The translations under genes were made by a program, and so were the position numbers. A stretch of 64,000 bases of DNA, taken from assembly GCA_023515725.1 (NCBI GenBank), contig JALDTO010000135.1, forward strand, positions 99,413 to 163,412, given 5' to 3'. Shown piece by piece: positions 26,307 through 39,009 of this stretch; position 1 is the stretch's first letter; every line of letters starts with the position of its first letter. This DNA is from Amoeboaphelidium protococcarum X5. Lineage: Eukaryota > Fungi > Aphelidiomycota. The notes beneath the pieces are model-generated. The model saw nothing but the letters and a program-made list of their open reading frames with translations. It searched no databases and was not told the DNA's origin.

Positions 26307-27325
26307 ATGGGTTTGGAACAGGACGTGGATTATGGAAACGCACTTATAACAGACATTAAGTAAGATAAAGTTTAAGCCAGAATATCGTTAACTGAAACTG
26401 AAAAGGATTTAATGATTGCTATCAAAGATAGTTAGCCCGAATAGACTATAGATGCTTTAAAATTTATGGTTGACACGAGTAAATAACTTCTATTATCTGT
26501 CGAAAACAGACTTGCATAAGCTCAGCATGATCTTACGGAGATAATAAAACTGATGATGGAAAGGGAAAGTCGACTGATATCACAGATTACCTCTGCCAAC
26601 TGTAACGGTAAGTTTCCATGGCACTATCAAGTTTAAATTTCATTTTATTGGTGTAGAATCATTGGATATTTCTGTATCATCAAAAAGTTCGTGAAGTTCA
26701 TTCTCCTAAAGCGGCGTTTGTTCTACAGGTCGGTACGTGAATCGTAAGAAGAAAGATGAGAGACGTGTTGATCAGACGAGACGGTTGTTGTGTTGCAACT
26801 GGCGAAAGTGATCTTAATGAGTTGCTCTCAGCCCATATAGTGCCCTTATCTTAATTACAACTCATAAGTCGTGATCTGGAGTATTCTCTCAAGAATGGCA
26901 TTTTATTGCGTAAAGACTTGGAACAAAGTTATGATTTATTTTAGTGGATGTTTGATGATGATGGACGCGTCATAGTCCTATACGAGCGCTGGATCCACAG
27001 AAATCAAATAACCAAGATAGACTTGCGTGGCGATTCCGAGACTAGGCCTTCGAGCAATCTAATTGCGGTTCACAATTAGCTTGCTCGCACTAGATCCTAA
27101 GAATGTTGTCCTCATTGTTGGAAGTTTGTTGGGAAGTAGAATATTGAGGCCCACCAAAAGAGCAGCTGCGAAGTATTAGACATCGAAAAAGATGCAGAAC
27201 ACAAATCTACTACTGGTGACTCTGACGTTGATGATGAAGGTAGTTAAGAGGATTCATAGTCTTTTGCGGACTGCGACAACGCCGAAGAACAGCTCAACCT
27301 AATATCTAAGCCTAATATAATCTGA
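26307..27325 (+). pseudogene. Coiled-coil + HNH endonuclease-like gene with premature TGA and frameshift; intron 26608-26656
   Basis: After the intron the frame hits TGA at 26692. The HNH_2-like domain VLIRRDGCCVATG..SAHIVP..KNGILLRKDLEQSYD lies in a shifted frame (26756-27325) and is followed by CPHC..H..C. Confidence 0.65.
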
Positions 27326-28188
27326 TCAATAGCTGCGTTGTTGAGTAACACTTTATACTCTTGACTCATTCAGAAAAAATAATATTATCGGTTATTTAAT
27401 GGACTATATATATTTGTTTCATATCATACTATTCTGTTACTGGTATATCACATGAAACAACTAGTATAAGACTGATAGAAAGGGAACCACAGTCCCTGGG
27501 AACATAAAGGTCCCGAGGACAATATACTGTACATATTAGGTATTCGCTAAATTAAATCTTGTCGCTGAAGGAGACGCGTATTTTATCGCTACTTCATTCA
27601 TTAAAGTCGACGATACTTTTACTGCCATAAGTCTCTTACTCGCTTTGCCATGTTCATGCCAGAAATGAAACAAGATCCGCAAAGGTAATTTTTAAAACAG
27701 ACACCATTAAATGTAAGCCTAACTGCCAATTGATTTCCATATTCATTTCATTTCAAGACTTATTCAATGGAATAGAAGTCATAGTGGTTTTTATTCAAAT
27801 ATCTTTATCATTGTTTTGACTTAATTATGCAGCAAATCATGTAGGCAAAGTTTATTTTTATCCTCGCGCGAAGCACCGTTGTGGTGGCTAACAGCGAGAA
27901 CATCAGCTGATCAACAAGGCGAGAAACGGATAAAACAATCACAGAAGCTGCTGATAAATTGCCAATCTCCCTCCTTTTCCCTTTTCTTTTCTATTACTAT
28001 CCGTTTGCCATCCGGTAAACTCCATCTAATAGTGTTTTCCATCAGTCCCTTTATAATTCCATCCATCTTGATAGATTGGCTCATCCCCATTCTATCACTA
28101 CTCCATCTCATCGTCATCTCCAGCCCATCGTTATCGGTTGCTTATCACAAAGGATTTGCAAATTGCTGAATTGCCGCTATTATAATAA

Positions 28189-30642
28189 ATGCAGCAAAGT
28201 AAAAAGTAGTCACATTTGCCGAATAATAATGGTAGTGTTTAAGCAGCGAGAGAGTAAAAGGGTGATGGCTCTCATGGTGAGGTGAGAAATTCTGGTGGTC
28301 AGCTGTAGTCTTCATCCACTCCGTCCAAGAAGGGCATCTCTGCTAATCATCTGCTCAATTTCACTTTGCCTCCACGTTAGCCAAGTCATTCTCAGTAGTT
28401 TAATTCCGGTAGACACTCCAACCATAAAAGAGTAAATCATCAGCCGTATGTAAAGGAGAGATTTGTGAATGCCAATTACCGGTTTGTGGTTAAAACTGAT
28501 GAATTCGGCAAGGATATGAATCCTGATCAATTGGTCACTTGGAGCAATGTAGAGTTGGTCTTACAGCTGGCTGCTGAGCCTGATGATATACAGTGTCCCA
28601 TCTGTCTGTGCCCGCCCTCAGTGCCAAAAATGGGAAAGTGTGGTCATGTATTTTGCTATAGTTGCATTTTGCATTATCTGTCCATTGTTGATTCTATGCG
28701 TGTAAAGTGTCCCCTCTGTCATGACTCAGTTTGCAGCAAAGATCTGAAATCTTGTCAGGTGATTCAATGCAGTGATTACAGCAAATCGCAAAAGATTTAT
28801 GGTACTAGTAGGTAGCCAGTGATGGCAATGACTTTGATGCAGCGATCGAATGCTAGTATCACCACTTTGCCAAAGTTTAATTACTCCAAGTGGGCCAATT
28901 CTAGTATGCCAAAGTTGCAGCAGGATTGGGATATGAATTTGATAAAGTGGTCAAAGGTGTTGGTGGCGTACCCCAGTGTCATTCTACATCACATCATCAT
29001 GCCAGAGATTGTGTAATTGGAGTATTTGCTGCAGGAGGCATAGAGTGCTAATGAGAACGATGAGGCGTTGTACCTGGAGATGGCCATCAGTGAGCAGAAG
29101 GAGAGGGAGAGAGTGTTGCTGTAGCGTTCACCAGCACTGCTCTCACAAACTGACCATCACAACACAAAGATGTCAATGCTAGATGTTCGCCAACTGAGCT
29201 CATCTCTGCCATCTAATGCTCCTGTTTTGGATGATTTATAATTACCACCCTCGGCCAGTATTACGATTAAGGCCACAGTGATGGAAGATCCTTTTGCGGA
29301 TATAGAGAGAAGTATTCAGGAGTAGGTGGAGACTGGCAGTTCTGGTGGTGCATAGTCATTATCAGATGGTGCGTCCACGTCATCTCTGTCGAGTCGTAAA
29401 AGCGTTGTACTGTCAGGTGAGTAGAAATAGTTAACTAGTCAAGGATTCAAGTACGGCATCAATGCGACAAAGGGTCCTTTAGATGGTACTTATTATTTCT
29501 ACCAATGTTCTGATGGCCAGTATTTGTTCCTTCACCCGTTGGATATTAAAATTATCAAAAGTGCCTTTGGTGAGTATCATGACTTTCCGCATGAGATTTA
29601 TGCCACCATCAGTGTGGTGACTGAGACCACAATGACTGAGGAAGTTAGAAAGAAATATCGCTATCTGGGGCATCTTCCTCTAGGATGTGATGTATCATTC
29701 ATAGAACTCGATTGGAAGAAGCCTGTTCTATGCAGGTAGTAGTTGATGAAGAACGATAATTAAAGTGGAGTGTACATTGAAAAGTATCTTGCAGGAGATA
29801 GTAATGATGAATTGAATCAAGTTTTAACTGATGAATAGATTAGCCATTGGTTGTCTGAACTGGATAGTCGCCACAAGCGTCATGAATAGAAAAAGAGAAA
29901 GGAGGAGTAATCTGCTAGAAAGAACAAGAAGCAACAGTCCAAATCTAATGATTCTGTGAATTTGGATGAACTGGCGAGATTCGATGGTGGTACTAGTGCC
30001 AGGACTCATGTGGAAATGTTTGATTTTGACGATGAAATTGCATGGTAGCCTCTTCCATTGAGCCCAGTATCGCAATCTAGTAAATCTGGCGGTCCCCTGG
30101 TATGGAATTAGTCTAGTGTTAATTTTGGTGTTTATAAGAAAAATTAGAAAACCGCAAACAATAGCTAAAACAATTATAATAATAATAATAACAGTATAAT
30201 TTAATCCAACTCATACGCAAAGAAGGCCCGTCCGCGTTCTTATAATGAGCTGTTCCCATAGATGGATGTTGGCCTCACGCCACCTTCAAATGGTATGAGT
30301 CCACCTAAGCACGGATCCGACCGTAAGAATAAGTCTTTTGCGTCCATCACCGGGATGAATAATTGTAATGAAGGTAAAGATGAGAATGTCCATGTTTAAT
30401 ATGCAATGATGGCTCAGTAATCATCATAGTCACATAGTAATCTTGCAACGGCAGAGGTTAACGCTAATGTTGATGATAACGCGTCTGGTCAAGATCAAGA
30501 TCATTAGCAGTAGTAGTAGTAGTAGTAGTAGTAGTAGCAGAAGGGGAAAAAGAAGAAGAAGCAGAAGGCAATTTTGCTGTTCAGCAATAGTGGTAACAAG
30601 AAAGGTGCTTATTAATCTCACGCACCTGTAGCTTTATAGTGA
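28189..30642 (+). CDS. RNF10: RING E3 ligase RNF10/Mag2, 817 aa
   Basis: ISANHLLNFTLPPR; FVNANYRFVV; CPICLCPP..CGHVFCYSCILHYL..CPLC; YYFYQCSDGQYLFLHPLDIK; RKKYRYLGHLP; KGKKKKQKAILLFS. Confidence 0.95.
30505..30540 (+). repeat. (TAG)n trinucleotide run encoding poly-Gln inside RNF10
   Basis: TAG CAG (TAG)9 CAG in frame, just before the conserved C-terminal basic motif. Confidence 0.9.
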
Positions 30643-30823
30643 AAATAACTTGTTTATGCTTTATTATTTGTTTGTTGTAGAAACTATTGTAATCGATACG
30701 AATTTATTGCTTCAGTAAAGTTTTTAGCTTTGTAATCGTTACCGTGCCATTCTGAGGTTAGGATTTACGTGGGCACCCCTTAAACTTTTGACAACAACTG
30801 TAGACAGACACGGTTTTGTAAAT

Positions 30824-31583
30824 ATGTTCATGCGCAATAATTTTGTTGCCTTGGTAGTAGCCCTTTCATCAATGCTGACGGTATGGTGTACGCCTGTGGA
30901 TTAGAGCTTAGTGTTATAGACAACAATAGATAGCGATACTGATGTCTCAGTCTTGCATCGCTAGTCCAAGATTCTACTGCCGTACAGAAGACGCGTCAAG
31001 ATGCGCGTTGAGCCATCCAATGGTGAAGAGTATACGTATGAGTATGCACTAGACCTTTAGAAGTAATTGATGCGCAAAACTGTATTCTAGAAAGATGACG
31101 CCAAAGTGGATTTTTACTTTATTGGTGTAAGTGTATATCTTTAAATGTCTGTGACTGTGAATGAATTTTGATTGTTGATTACTACTGTAGGAGTAGGGTA
31201 AGGCTTATAGCATTACACGCGCTGCTAATGGAGAGTCAGAGTGCCAAATTCATCCATTTGAGTGGAAAGATCCTTGGTATGATGACAGATATTTTGAATT
31301 TATAGATTACAAGTTTTTGGGTGATCAAGTATGCTCAATGTATCAGGTGCAATTGGCATATGAGTATTATGCTAACATGTGGGTTGAATATGGCACAAAT
31401 AGCATAATCGCTATATTCGAGAGCTACTATGATCGGGATGACGATGATTATAATACAGTGCTGCATGAAGATATGAAATATGTCGAGTCATTTAGCACAC
31501 AATTTGATCAAAGTTATATCCTCCCTCCAAGCGATATTTCTCATTGTAAAGCCAATGCGACGCGTCTGGTTTTGAGTCCATGA
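30824..31583 (+). CDS. Secreted beta-rich protein, possibly ependymin-related (LolA-like fold); intron 31127-31190
   Basis: Signal peptide MFMRNNFVALVVALSSMLTVWC; spaced Cys residues; C-terminal FDQSYILPPSDISHC resembles the ependymin F..P..C motif. Gene model is solid; family call is weak. Confidence 0.55.
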
Positions 31584-31688
31584 TAAGAACATTTTGTAAT
31601 AGTATCTAAATAATAATACATTTTGAGAATATTAATTAATGCAATACCACGAAATAAAGTAACAATCAATTTAGTCAAAAATATAGAA

Positions 31689-32852
31689 TCATTTCTTCTT
31701 CTTGTCACTCTTCTAATCACCTGATGCAGCAGAGCCATTCGCCAATAGTTTAGAGGCAGACTCGCTCTTGTACGCAAACACCTGCGACAATTCACCACGT
31801 ACCAGAGCCACCAACAACACTGACAAAATACAAGCAGGCGACAAGTACAGAAGCGCCGGTTGAGCAGCTTAGAACACATGCATCACAGCCATGGTGGTGA
31901 CCAACCCAATGATATATGCAACCATACAGCCAATAAAGTATGGCTTTGCGAATGATCTAGTTTTAGCAGTACCTTTACCATTTTTCAATGATGCCACATA
32001 TCTATAGTAATCATATCGCAGACACAGAGCCACAAAGATGCCCGGAATGACTATATCACCCAGTCCGAGCATTGAGAATGGTACCTTCTCTCCTCTGGCC
32101 CAGGCAGCAAAGTTCCTAGGAAACAACAGCTTGATAGGAGCATCAAAATTCTTGGCCACACTGACCATCACCTCAGTACCAAATACCCAGAATATATCAT
32201 AAACAAATAGACCGGATAGAAGCAGCATTCCCGTCTTGAAGTCATCCAGATCTAGGAGTTAAATTGCAGACGAGCTGAATGCCCAACCAAACAAATTACT
32301 CACAATCCAGTTCTTGGTCACCACATAGTAAGCAGTGCATAAAATAGCAACGACCAGGGCAGCGATACTAAAGTAGGTGAAAGAGTACTTGAAAATCAGT
32401 TCTTTGCCCTTGTGCTTTGTAATTCTAATCTTGAACTTCTCCAAGTGCAGCAGGCCATTACTGCTAAGGATGGTGAAGTTTCCAATAGCATCAATCATCT
32501 TGGCCAGAGCAAGACAGCCCAGTAATCCAAAATAGGCAGTCAGCAGGTAGTTGATGTACTCTTTACTGAAGAATCTGAACACCAGGTACAGCGAAAACAG
32601 CACACCACTTCCAATGATTGGGAACCACATGGCATCTTCGCTAGTGATCGCTTCACTCTCCACATCTTCATCTTCATCATCGCTCTCATCCTTTGATGAC
32701 TTGCTGCTTTTACCACCAGCTGTATCCGATGCCTTCTTATACTTGATAGAAGCGAAAGAGCCAAAGTAGATAGGAAACACTGCAGCCAACAGAATAAAAG
32801 TATAAGTAACATATGCTGAATGTTCCTCCAACAAATCTACCATTTTATCCAT
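31689..32852 (-). CDS. HM13: Signal peptide peptidase (GxGD aspartyl protease)
   Basis: LFVYDIFWVFGT, SMLGLGDIVIPG, AAQPALLYL, C-terminal KKKK ER-retrieval signal. Confidence 0.95.
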
Positions 32853-33098
32853 ACTGAAACTCTTAATTCTTGTTTTAATACAATCTAGAATGCAAGCGAA
32901 CAGATAAACCACCTGCAATATATGAACTGTAGTTACTAATGCTGGTGAAGAAACAACTGAGGAGGAGCGACGTTGAAATTCCTTTGATGAACAAGCGGGA
33001 GAGCGGAAGAGTCGCGCGCTCTCAAAGAGTCCCTTTACTGTTCTTTACATTATTTCTTCACTCTTTAAGCGTTAGCTATATCATTTTATTATAGGAAA

Positions 33099-34271
33099 AT
33101 GTTTACCTAGATATATTAGAGTCCGCTTACTCCAGCGATTAGTATTATTAGAGGATCTCTCTTGATAGGAACTGTTGCGTTCCCCACCGGAACTTTTCTG
33201 TATCGATTGCTGCAGGTGGATCTTCAGAAGGCTAATGGAGATGGTGAATACCCTCTATTAAAGAGAATACAAGAATAGACTATATATACTCTTTAAAAGT
33301 ATCAGTTGATAAGATTAACTAATCAGCGATAGAATCGATAGAATGTTAAGCTCTGGACTGAGTTGTATCTTCCATCACTGGCCGCACTCACAATTACATC
33401 TATCAGCGCGTTCTATGCATATCGATTAAGCGGGAGTTACGTGACGCGTCTTGGTATTAAAGTACCATCTACGGATGTTATGATGTAGATCTATAGTGCT
33501 TAGGCGGGAAACTTGAAGTCTTCCTCTTAATCTTTGAGCCGACATCAGTTGCAGCATCTAGAAAGGGATTTGTCTGTTGCAGACACAGCACTGCGGTAAG
33601 CTCTCGGTATTAGGCAGTCCTCTGTTGTGCACGATAAAGATGCCTGTAATACTTCAGTTGCTGTTGCAAAGCGAACAATGCTGGCTGAAGTGGCGCGATA
33701 TCGTGATGAGATACCAAAATCTGCACTTGCCATCTGGCCGTAGTTGTCTAATGTGCAGCGAAGTCTGTGCATGGACATGCTCTACTATTCCACCCTGCAG
33801 ATTCAAACTCTTTCATCATATCCATTTGGATCTATCATTGGTCGCATAATGAACCTGATTCAAAGAGGAAGTTAGAATGAAATCAGTTACTCCGCGCTGG
33901 GTCGTGTCAATACTGAGTGCCAACTGCAGTAATTGCAGCGACTTCCGCTTGGATAAATCACATCCAAGAAAGAGTTTATGAATAGATTCAAGTCTGGAAT
34001 TCGTGGCTTTCTTGTATCTAGCAATGTTATGATCACCTCTTTAAGCTCTTAATAATAATAATAGAGAGCGCCAAGATTGCTATGTTTAAATTGGATCGAG
34101 ATTGAAGAGAAGAGTCCTCTGGTATGGTACCTTTTAAACTGCGTTGTGCCATGGAAGGTGGACCCTGATTTAGCATAGACTGCCGGTGAATTGTAGGAGG
34201 GTTCATACACGGATGTTACTATATCAGACGGCGAATACACTCGTCAGGATAAGCTGTTAGCTGGTCAATGA
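33099..34271 (+). CDS. Hypothetical membrane protein, 390 aa
   Basis: Single open frame from ATG 33099 to TGA 34269-34271 with TAR=Gln; two hydrophobic segments; no family recognised. Confidence 0.6.
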
Positions 34272-34358
34272 ATTTACATGAGACTTAAGATGAGTGAGTC
34301 TAAATAGATAGCCAAAACATGATCAATAATACTTTATTATTAAAATATCCTAGTAGTA

Positions 34359-35570
34359 TCAATGAACGATGGAGGAGAATTCATGTTCAACTTCACCGTA
34401 CTGAATGCCCATGATCAAATCATTAAAGTACTTTGCAAATGGACCAGCCTGAGCTTCCTTGTTATTAGGATCCAGTGGAATATTCAAATCCTGGCTCTTG
34501 CCGTTGTGATCAAAACGAATCTACTTCACCGGGGATACAATTGCAGCGGTTCCAGCACCAAACATTTCCATCAGGCGGCCTTCCTTGCTGGCAGCCAATA
34601 GCTCACTCATTGTGATAACACGCTCGGACACTTTAAGGACCGATCTATCAAAAGGAGCTTTCAAATGGCACTTCAAGTCCTTTTGCTTAGCCAGCTTCAA
34701 GATTGAATCTCTTGTAACACCAGGCAAGATAGTACCGTCCAGTGCAGGTGTGGCCAACTCAACCTGCCCGCTCTATTTATCTTTCAATACGACAAACAAA
34801 TTCATGGTGCCCACCTCAGTCAATTAGAAATCTTTTCCATTCTCAATAGGGAACAACCATAGCACCTGCTAAAATCCCTCTTTAGCAGCGCTGCTTTGAG
34901 TCAAGATAGATGGTGCGTAATTTCCACCCACTTTGCAATCTCCAACTCCACCAGGCCAAGCCCTAATATTAGCCGGATTAGCTAATAGCGAGACTGCATT
35001 AAATCCCGTTCTATAGTACGGACCAACAGGAGAGCAGATGGTGAACAGCTTACTCCTACCAGAAGGACCAACACCGAGCGATTCTTGAGTGGCAATCATA
35101 GCCGGTCTGATGTACAGAGAGTATCCACGCTCAGATGGAATATGACGAGCCTCCAACTTGACAAGGTCCTTAATGCAACTCAGCAACTAATCTCCATCAA
35201 AGTCTGGCAAAGTCAGTCGAGCAGTAGATCGCTTCAATCGCATCATGTTCATATCCGGCCTGAACATTCTAATCTACCCCTACTTGTCCTTGTAAGCCTT
35301 CATCCCTTCAAAGCACTCCATGCCGTAGTGGAATACGCAAGCAGATGGGTCCAGGCTGATTTTGCCATAGGGAACAATCTTCGGATCAGACCAACCGCTC
35401 TCCTTGTCATGATCAGCGATTAGCATATGGTCAGTGAAAAACTTGCCGAATACAAGCTCCTTGTTAGGCACTAGTTACTTGGGCTATTCAGTTTTCTAGA
35501 TCTTCAAATTGGCATGCCTCAGCGGAGTTAAGCTCTTGCCAGATAGACATCGTGAGAACTTTTTCATCAT
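34359..35570 (-). CDS. BAT1: Branched-chain amino acid aminotransferase, probably mitochondrial
   Basis: [62 protein letters not shown]. Confidence 0.97.
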
Positions 35571-35982
35571 AATCGTCAATGTGTTCCTTTCTGTGCGGCG
35601 ATTGAATCTTTGATCACTTGTTTGAAGAGGAAAAGATACATGATGGGATGTAAGTAAAGGAGATATACTGATACACGTCTCTGATGTAAAAATCAATATC
35701 TAAATATTTATGGTACATAATGATGCGTTTCTTTAATTTATTCCCAGTGCGTGTAAAGTAGATGGTGGAAACTCGTGAAATTTATCCCGTGTCTGTGTGA
35801 TGTCGCGCTGGCCAATTCAAAGGCCATCGTTGGTGCAACGTCGCCGTCACGTTTCACTTCACCCGTGATTTACATGTCATTACCGAGATGAAAGGCATTA
35901 AATTGCACCTTTCTCTCTCTCCATCTTTCTATACAATTATTACACATCAAATAATTAAACTATTTACCTGAACTGAATAATA

Positions 35983-36855
35983 ATGATTAAACTAAATTTG
36001 CTGATTCTGAATGTGATCATTCTGTGCATAGCGCTGACCGCAGACGCTGGTATTTTTGATCGTTTCAAGAGCGGTGGGAATTCTGTTTCAAGCCAAGGCG
36101 GGCGTAGAAACTAATAATCGCCTCAATAGATGGGCTATGGTTCTGATGAGAGTTTGCTGTCTGAGCAAGACTAATTTGATGATCCTTAGTCTATGCAGTA
36201 GAAGAAGCCTGATTTTCGTTCAAAGATGAAGAACTTCTTTGGCAAAAAGAAGTAGGAGAGAACTTTGCAAATGTCAGGCTTTGATAATATCAATGCAGGA
36301 AACTATGAACCAATTGGCACGCGCGGTATGAATAGTGGACGCGATCCTCGCCGTGAACCAGCTATTCCTGAAGATGAGCCAGTAGAAGATTAGGAAATGA
36401 TGCAGCGCTATCAGAGTTTGGGTGGCTCTGCTTCCGAAGTTGGCTCATCAATGTCCACAATGTCCGCAATGAGTCGCGGCTGGTAAAAGATGAAACAGGC
36501 GCCGAGCGAAATCTCTTCAAGATACAAGTCATATAAGCAGGGCAAGACTGACAAGAAGGAGGCCAAGTATGCTTAAAAACGCGCTTCCATTGCTCAGCGT
36601 CCGAACAAATTTGCAGAGTGTCTAGATTGGGATTTTAGAAAGGTGTCCATGCTTGGGCAGAGTATAGAGAAGCTAGGCAGACAGGGGTACCAAGTCATTA
36701 CTTCGCACAAAGGAAAGCCTATTCTGATGGGCCGTTGTCTCGATTATGGACACAACAACAACGATGGTGAGTAGCAGTTTAGTGGTTATAAGCGCCCATC
36801 AAGTCGCGATCAAGAAACTCAAGTTAATTTTGATTCTTTTGATCAAGAATACTGA
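35983..36855 (+). CDS. Orphan secreted, largely disordered protein, 290 aa
   Basis: Clear signal peptide MIKLNLLILNVIILCIALTADA; open frame to TGA 36853-36855; no domain recognised. Confidence 0.75.
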
Positions 36856-37103
36856 GTGGATGATCAATTTAGCTCTTATCAAAAGCGATCTACGAGTGAT
36901 TAGACAAATGAATGGTAATAAAATGATAATTTATTTTTTTAAGTTTCCTGCAACTGACCGATTGCTTAGTTCTGATAAGATGTATCTGTCGCGTATTTTC
37001 AGTATAAAAATGCAGTAAGGATCCTTTTAACAGCTGCAAAAGGCTGATGAACTTTCTTTTTCAACTTGACAACCGAACAAATGGCAATACTTTGTCTAAA
37101 AGA

Positions 37104-38909
37104 ATGGCGTTTACATTTATCAGTAACATTTCTAGTAATGCGCCTTACTTGGTAGAGCCTGGATTATTGACAATAATTTATTTTGGGAGTTAGTTACCAC
37201 TGCGACAGAGTATTTTACAATCAATCGCCGTGATCGTTCTATTAGGTTGCGCCTAACTGCTTCATGTACTCAATAAGCTTTACAACACTGGTGAAACTGT
37301 CTCGATTTCGCTGACTTCACCATTATAATGGAGGTTAACTTCTGGTGGTGGCCTATTCATGTCTGTTTTGAGCCCGCTGATTCTGATAAATGTATTGTGT
37401 GCTCATAATAGCAGTGAATACTCTCATAAACTGGACCTCATCTCATCTGTGGCCTTCTGTTCATCCGCTGCACTCTGCTTTGACGTGATTTTATGCTCAA
37501 CTGTTAGAGGATCTGCTCAACATTATACGACAGATCTTTTGATATGCTCTATATCAATACTAAGCGGATACTACTCATTTACAGAGTATCATAGTTGGGT
37601 TATCATCAGTGCCTGTTTTATTCTACATGGTCTTTTTAGATGTATATCCTCCCTGGCTCAAGGCAACTTTGCTCTGTCTGAAGCATTCGTTCTAACAAGC
37701 CTTTTCTCCCTGTACGGGATAGACTTTTTGCATAACTATATGTCTGACTATGGTATTGCTGACATTGATGGTGTTGATCAGAGAGTCTACCTAATGAGCT
37801 AGGCGACGGTAATTGGCATTCTCGGCTTTGGTATCATTGCGTATCCAGTAATGAGCCTGATCCGTCAATTCTATTCCACCTAGCTCTATAAATGGAGATA
37901 TTATTTGCTCACTCTAATATTCTATCTGGCTTTTTCAGTTGTAATTTTAAAGCTTTATCTGTATCTTTGCATCAAGTTTGAAACTCGGTTTACTACTGTG
38001 GGCAGTAATCCTATAGCTTTTGGCTTATATTTGATATTTAACGAAACTGCGAATATAGCCATCATTGGTTGGTGGATTACATGCCTAGTAATAATGCTGA
38101 CGGGGACTAAGCATTTGATAAATTTGGGTCCAGGTGGACTTGAAATGCGCCGAAAGTGGTTCCACTTCATTGCAGTAATCATGTTCATACCAGGCACGAT
38201 TCTTACTCCACATCTAATGACTCTTTCGTTTGCATTGGCTTTTGCCGCGTTCATAATGTTGGAGTATATAAGGATATTTCGAATTTGGATTCCATAGATA
38301 GATCCGGTGCAAATCGATAAGTTTATGCTCTAGTTTATCGAATAGCCTGTAGTAATGCCCATGAAATCGCCTTAAGATTGCAATCAGAAGCCTAGAGTTG
38401 AATCTGTCAAGGTTCGTCTACGAAGACTTAGCTCGGCCGATCTAATCAATCTTATTCATATGCGAAGTTGGGACTCGGGGCCTATGATCTTGTCGCATCT
38501 CTATCTTCTTATAGGATGTTCATTGCCTCTGTTTATCACAATGTATATTCCTAATTTGACTTCTGGGAATCAAAATGCTCGTGTTCTTGCTAGTACTGCT
38601 GGTATCGTGGCCTTGGGTATTGGTGATACGTTCGCGGCTCTGGTTGGTAAACGATATGGCCGACTTAAATGGTCTAAACTATCCAATAAGTCAATTGAAG
38701 GCTCTATTGGATGTTTCCTCAGTATCTTTGTATCAACTTCTGCGCTCATAATCGTAACTCCTGGGTGTGAGTGCTCCTTCACGACTATGGCGCACATCAT
38801 AATAACATCAGCCATCACAGCTCTGATGGAAGGATGCTCGTCTCAAAATGATAATCTGCTACTCTCTATCGCCGCTTCATCATCATACTTGATACTCTAT
38901 AGAATTTGA
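37104..38909 (+). CDS. SEC59: Dolichol kinase
   Basis: RRKWFHFIAVIMF, GPMILSHLYLLIGC, LGIGDTFAALVGKRYGRLKW..KSIEGS, QNDNL. Confidence 0.93.
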
Positions 38910-39009
38910 TCATCATCAACGCGCTTTATTGAATGGAATTTTTCTCCTTTTTCTCAATTATCACGATATATCACTCAAACCTCTTTGAACAATACGCTTG
39001 ACAATTAAT

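Noticed and set aside
26692-26740. In-frame TGA as selenocysteine or programmed readthrough
   Set aside because: A frameshift is also needed and the TGA lies in a Ser-rich linker; a nonsense mutation is simpler.
16270-30642. Functional clustering (ZNF598 with RNF10; head-to-head ADA2 and YAF9)
   Set aside because: Plausible by chance in a compact genome; no evidence of co-regulation from sequence alone.
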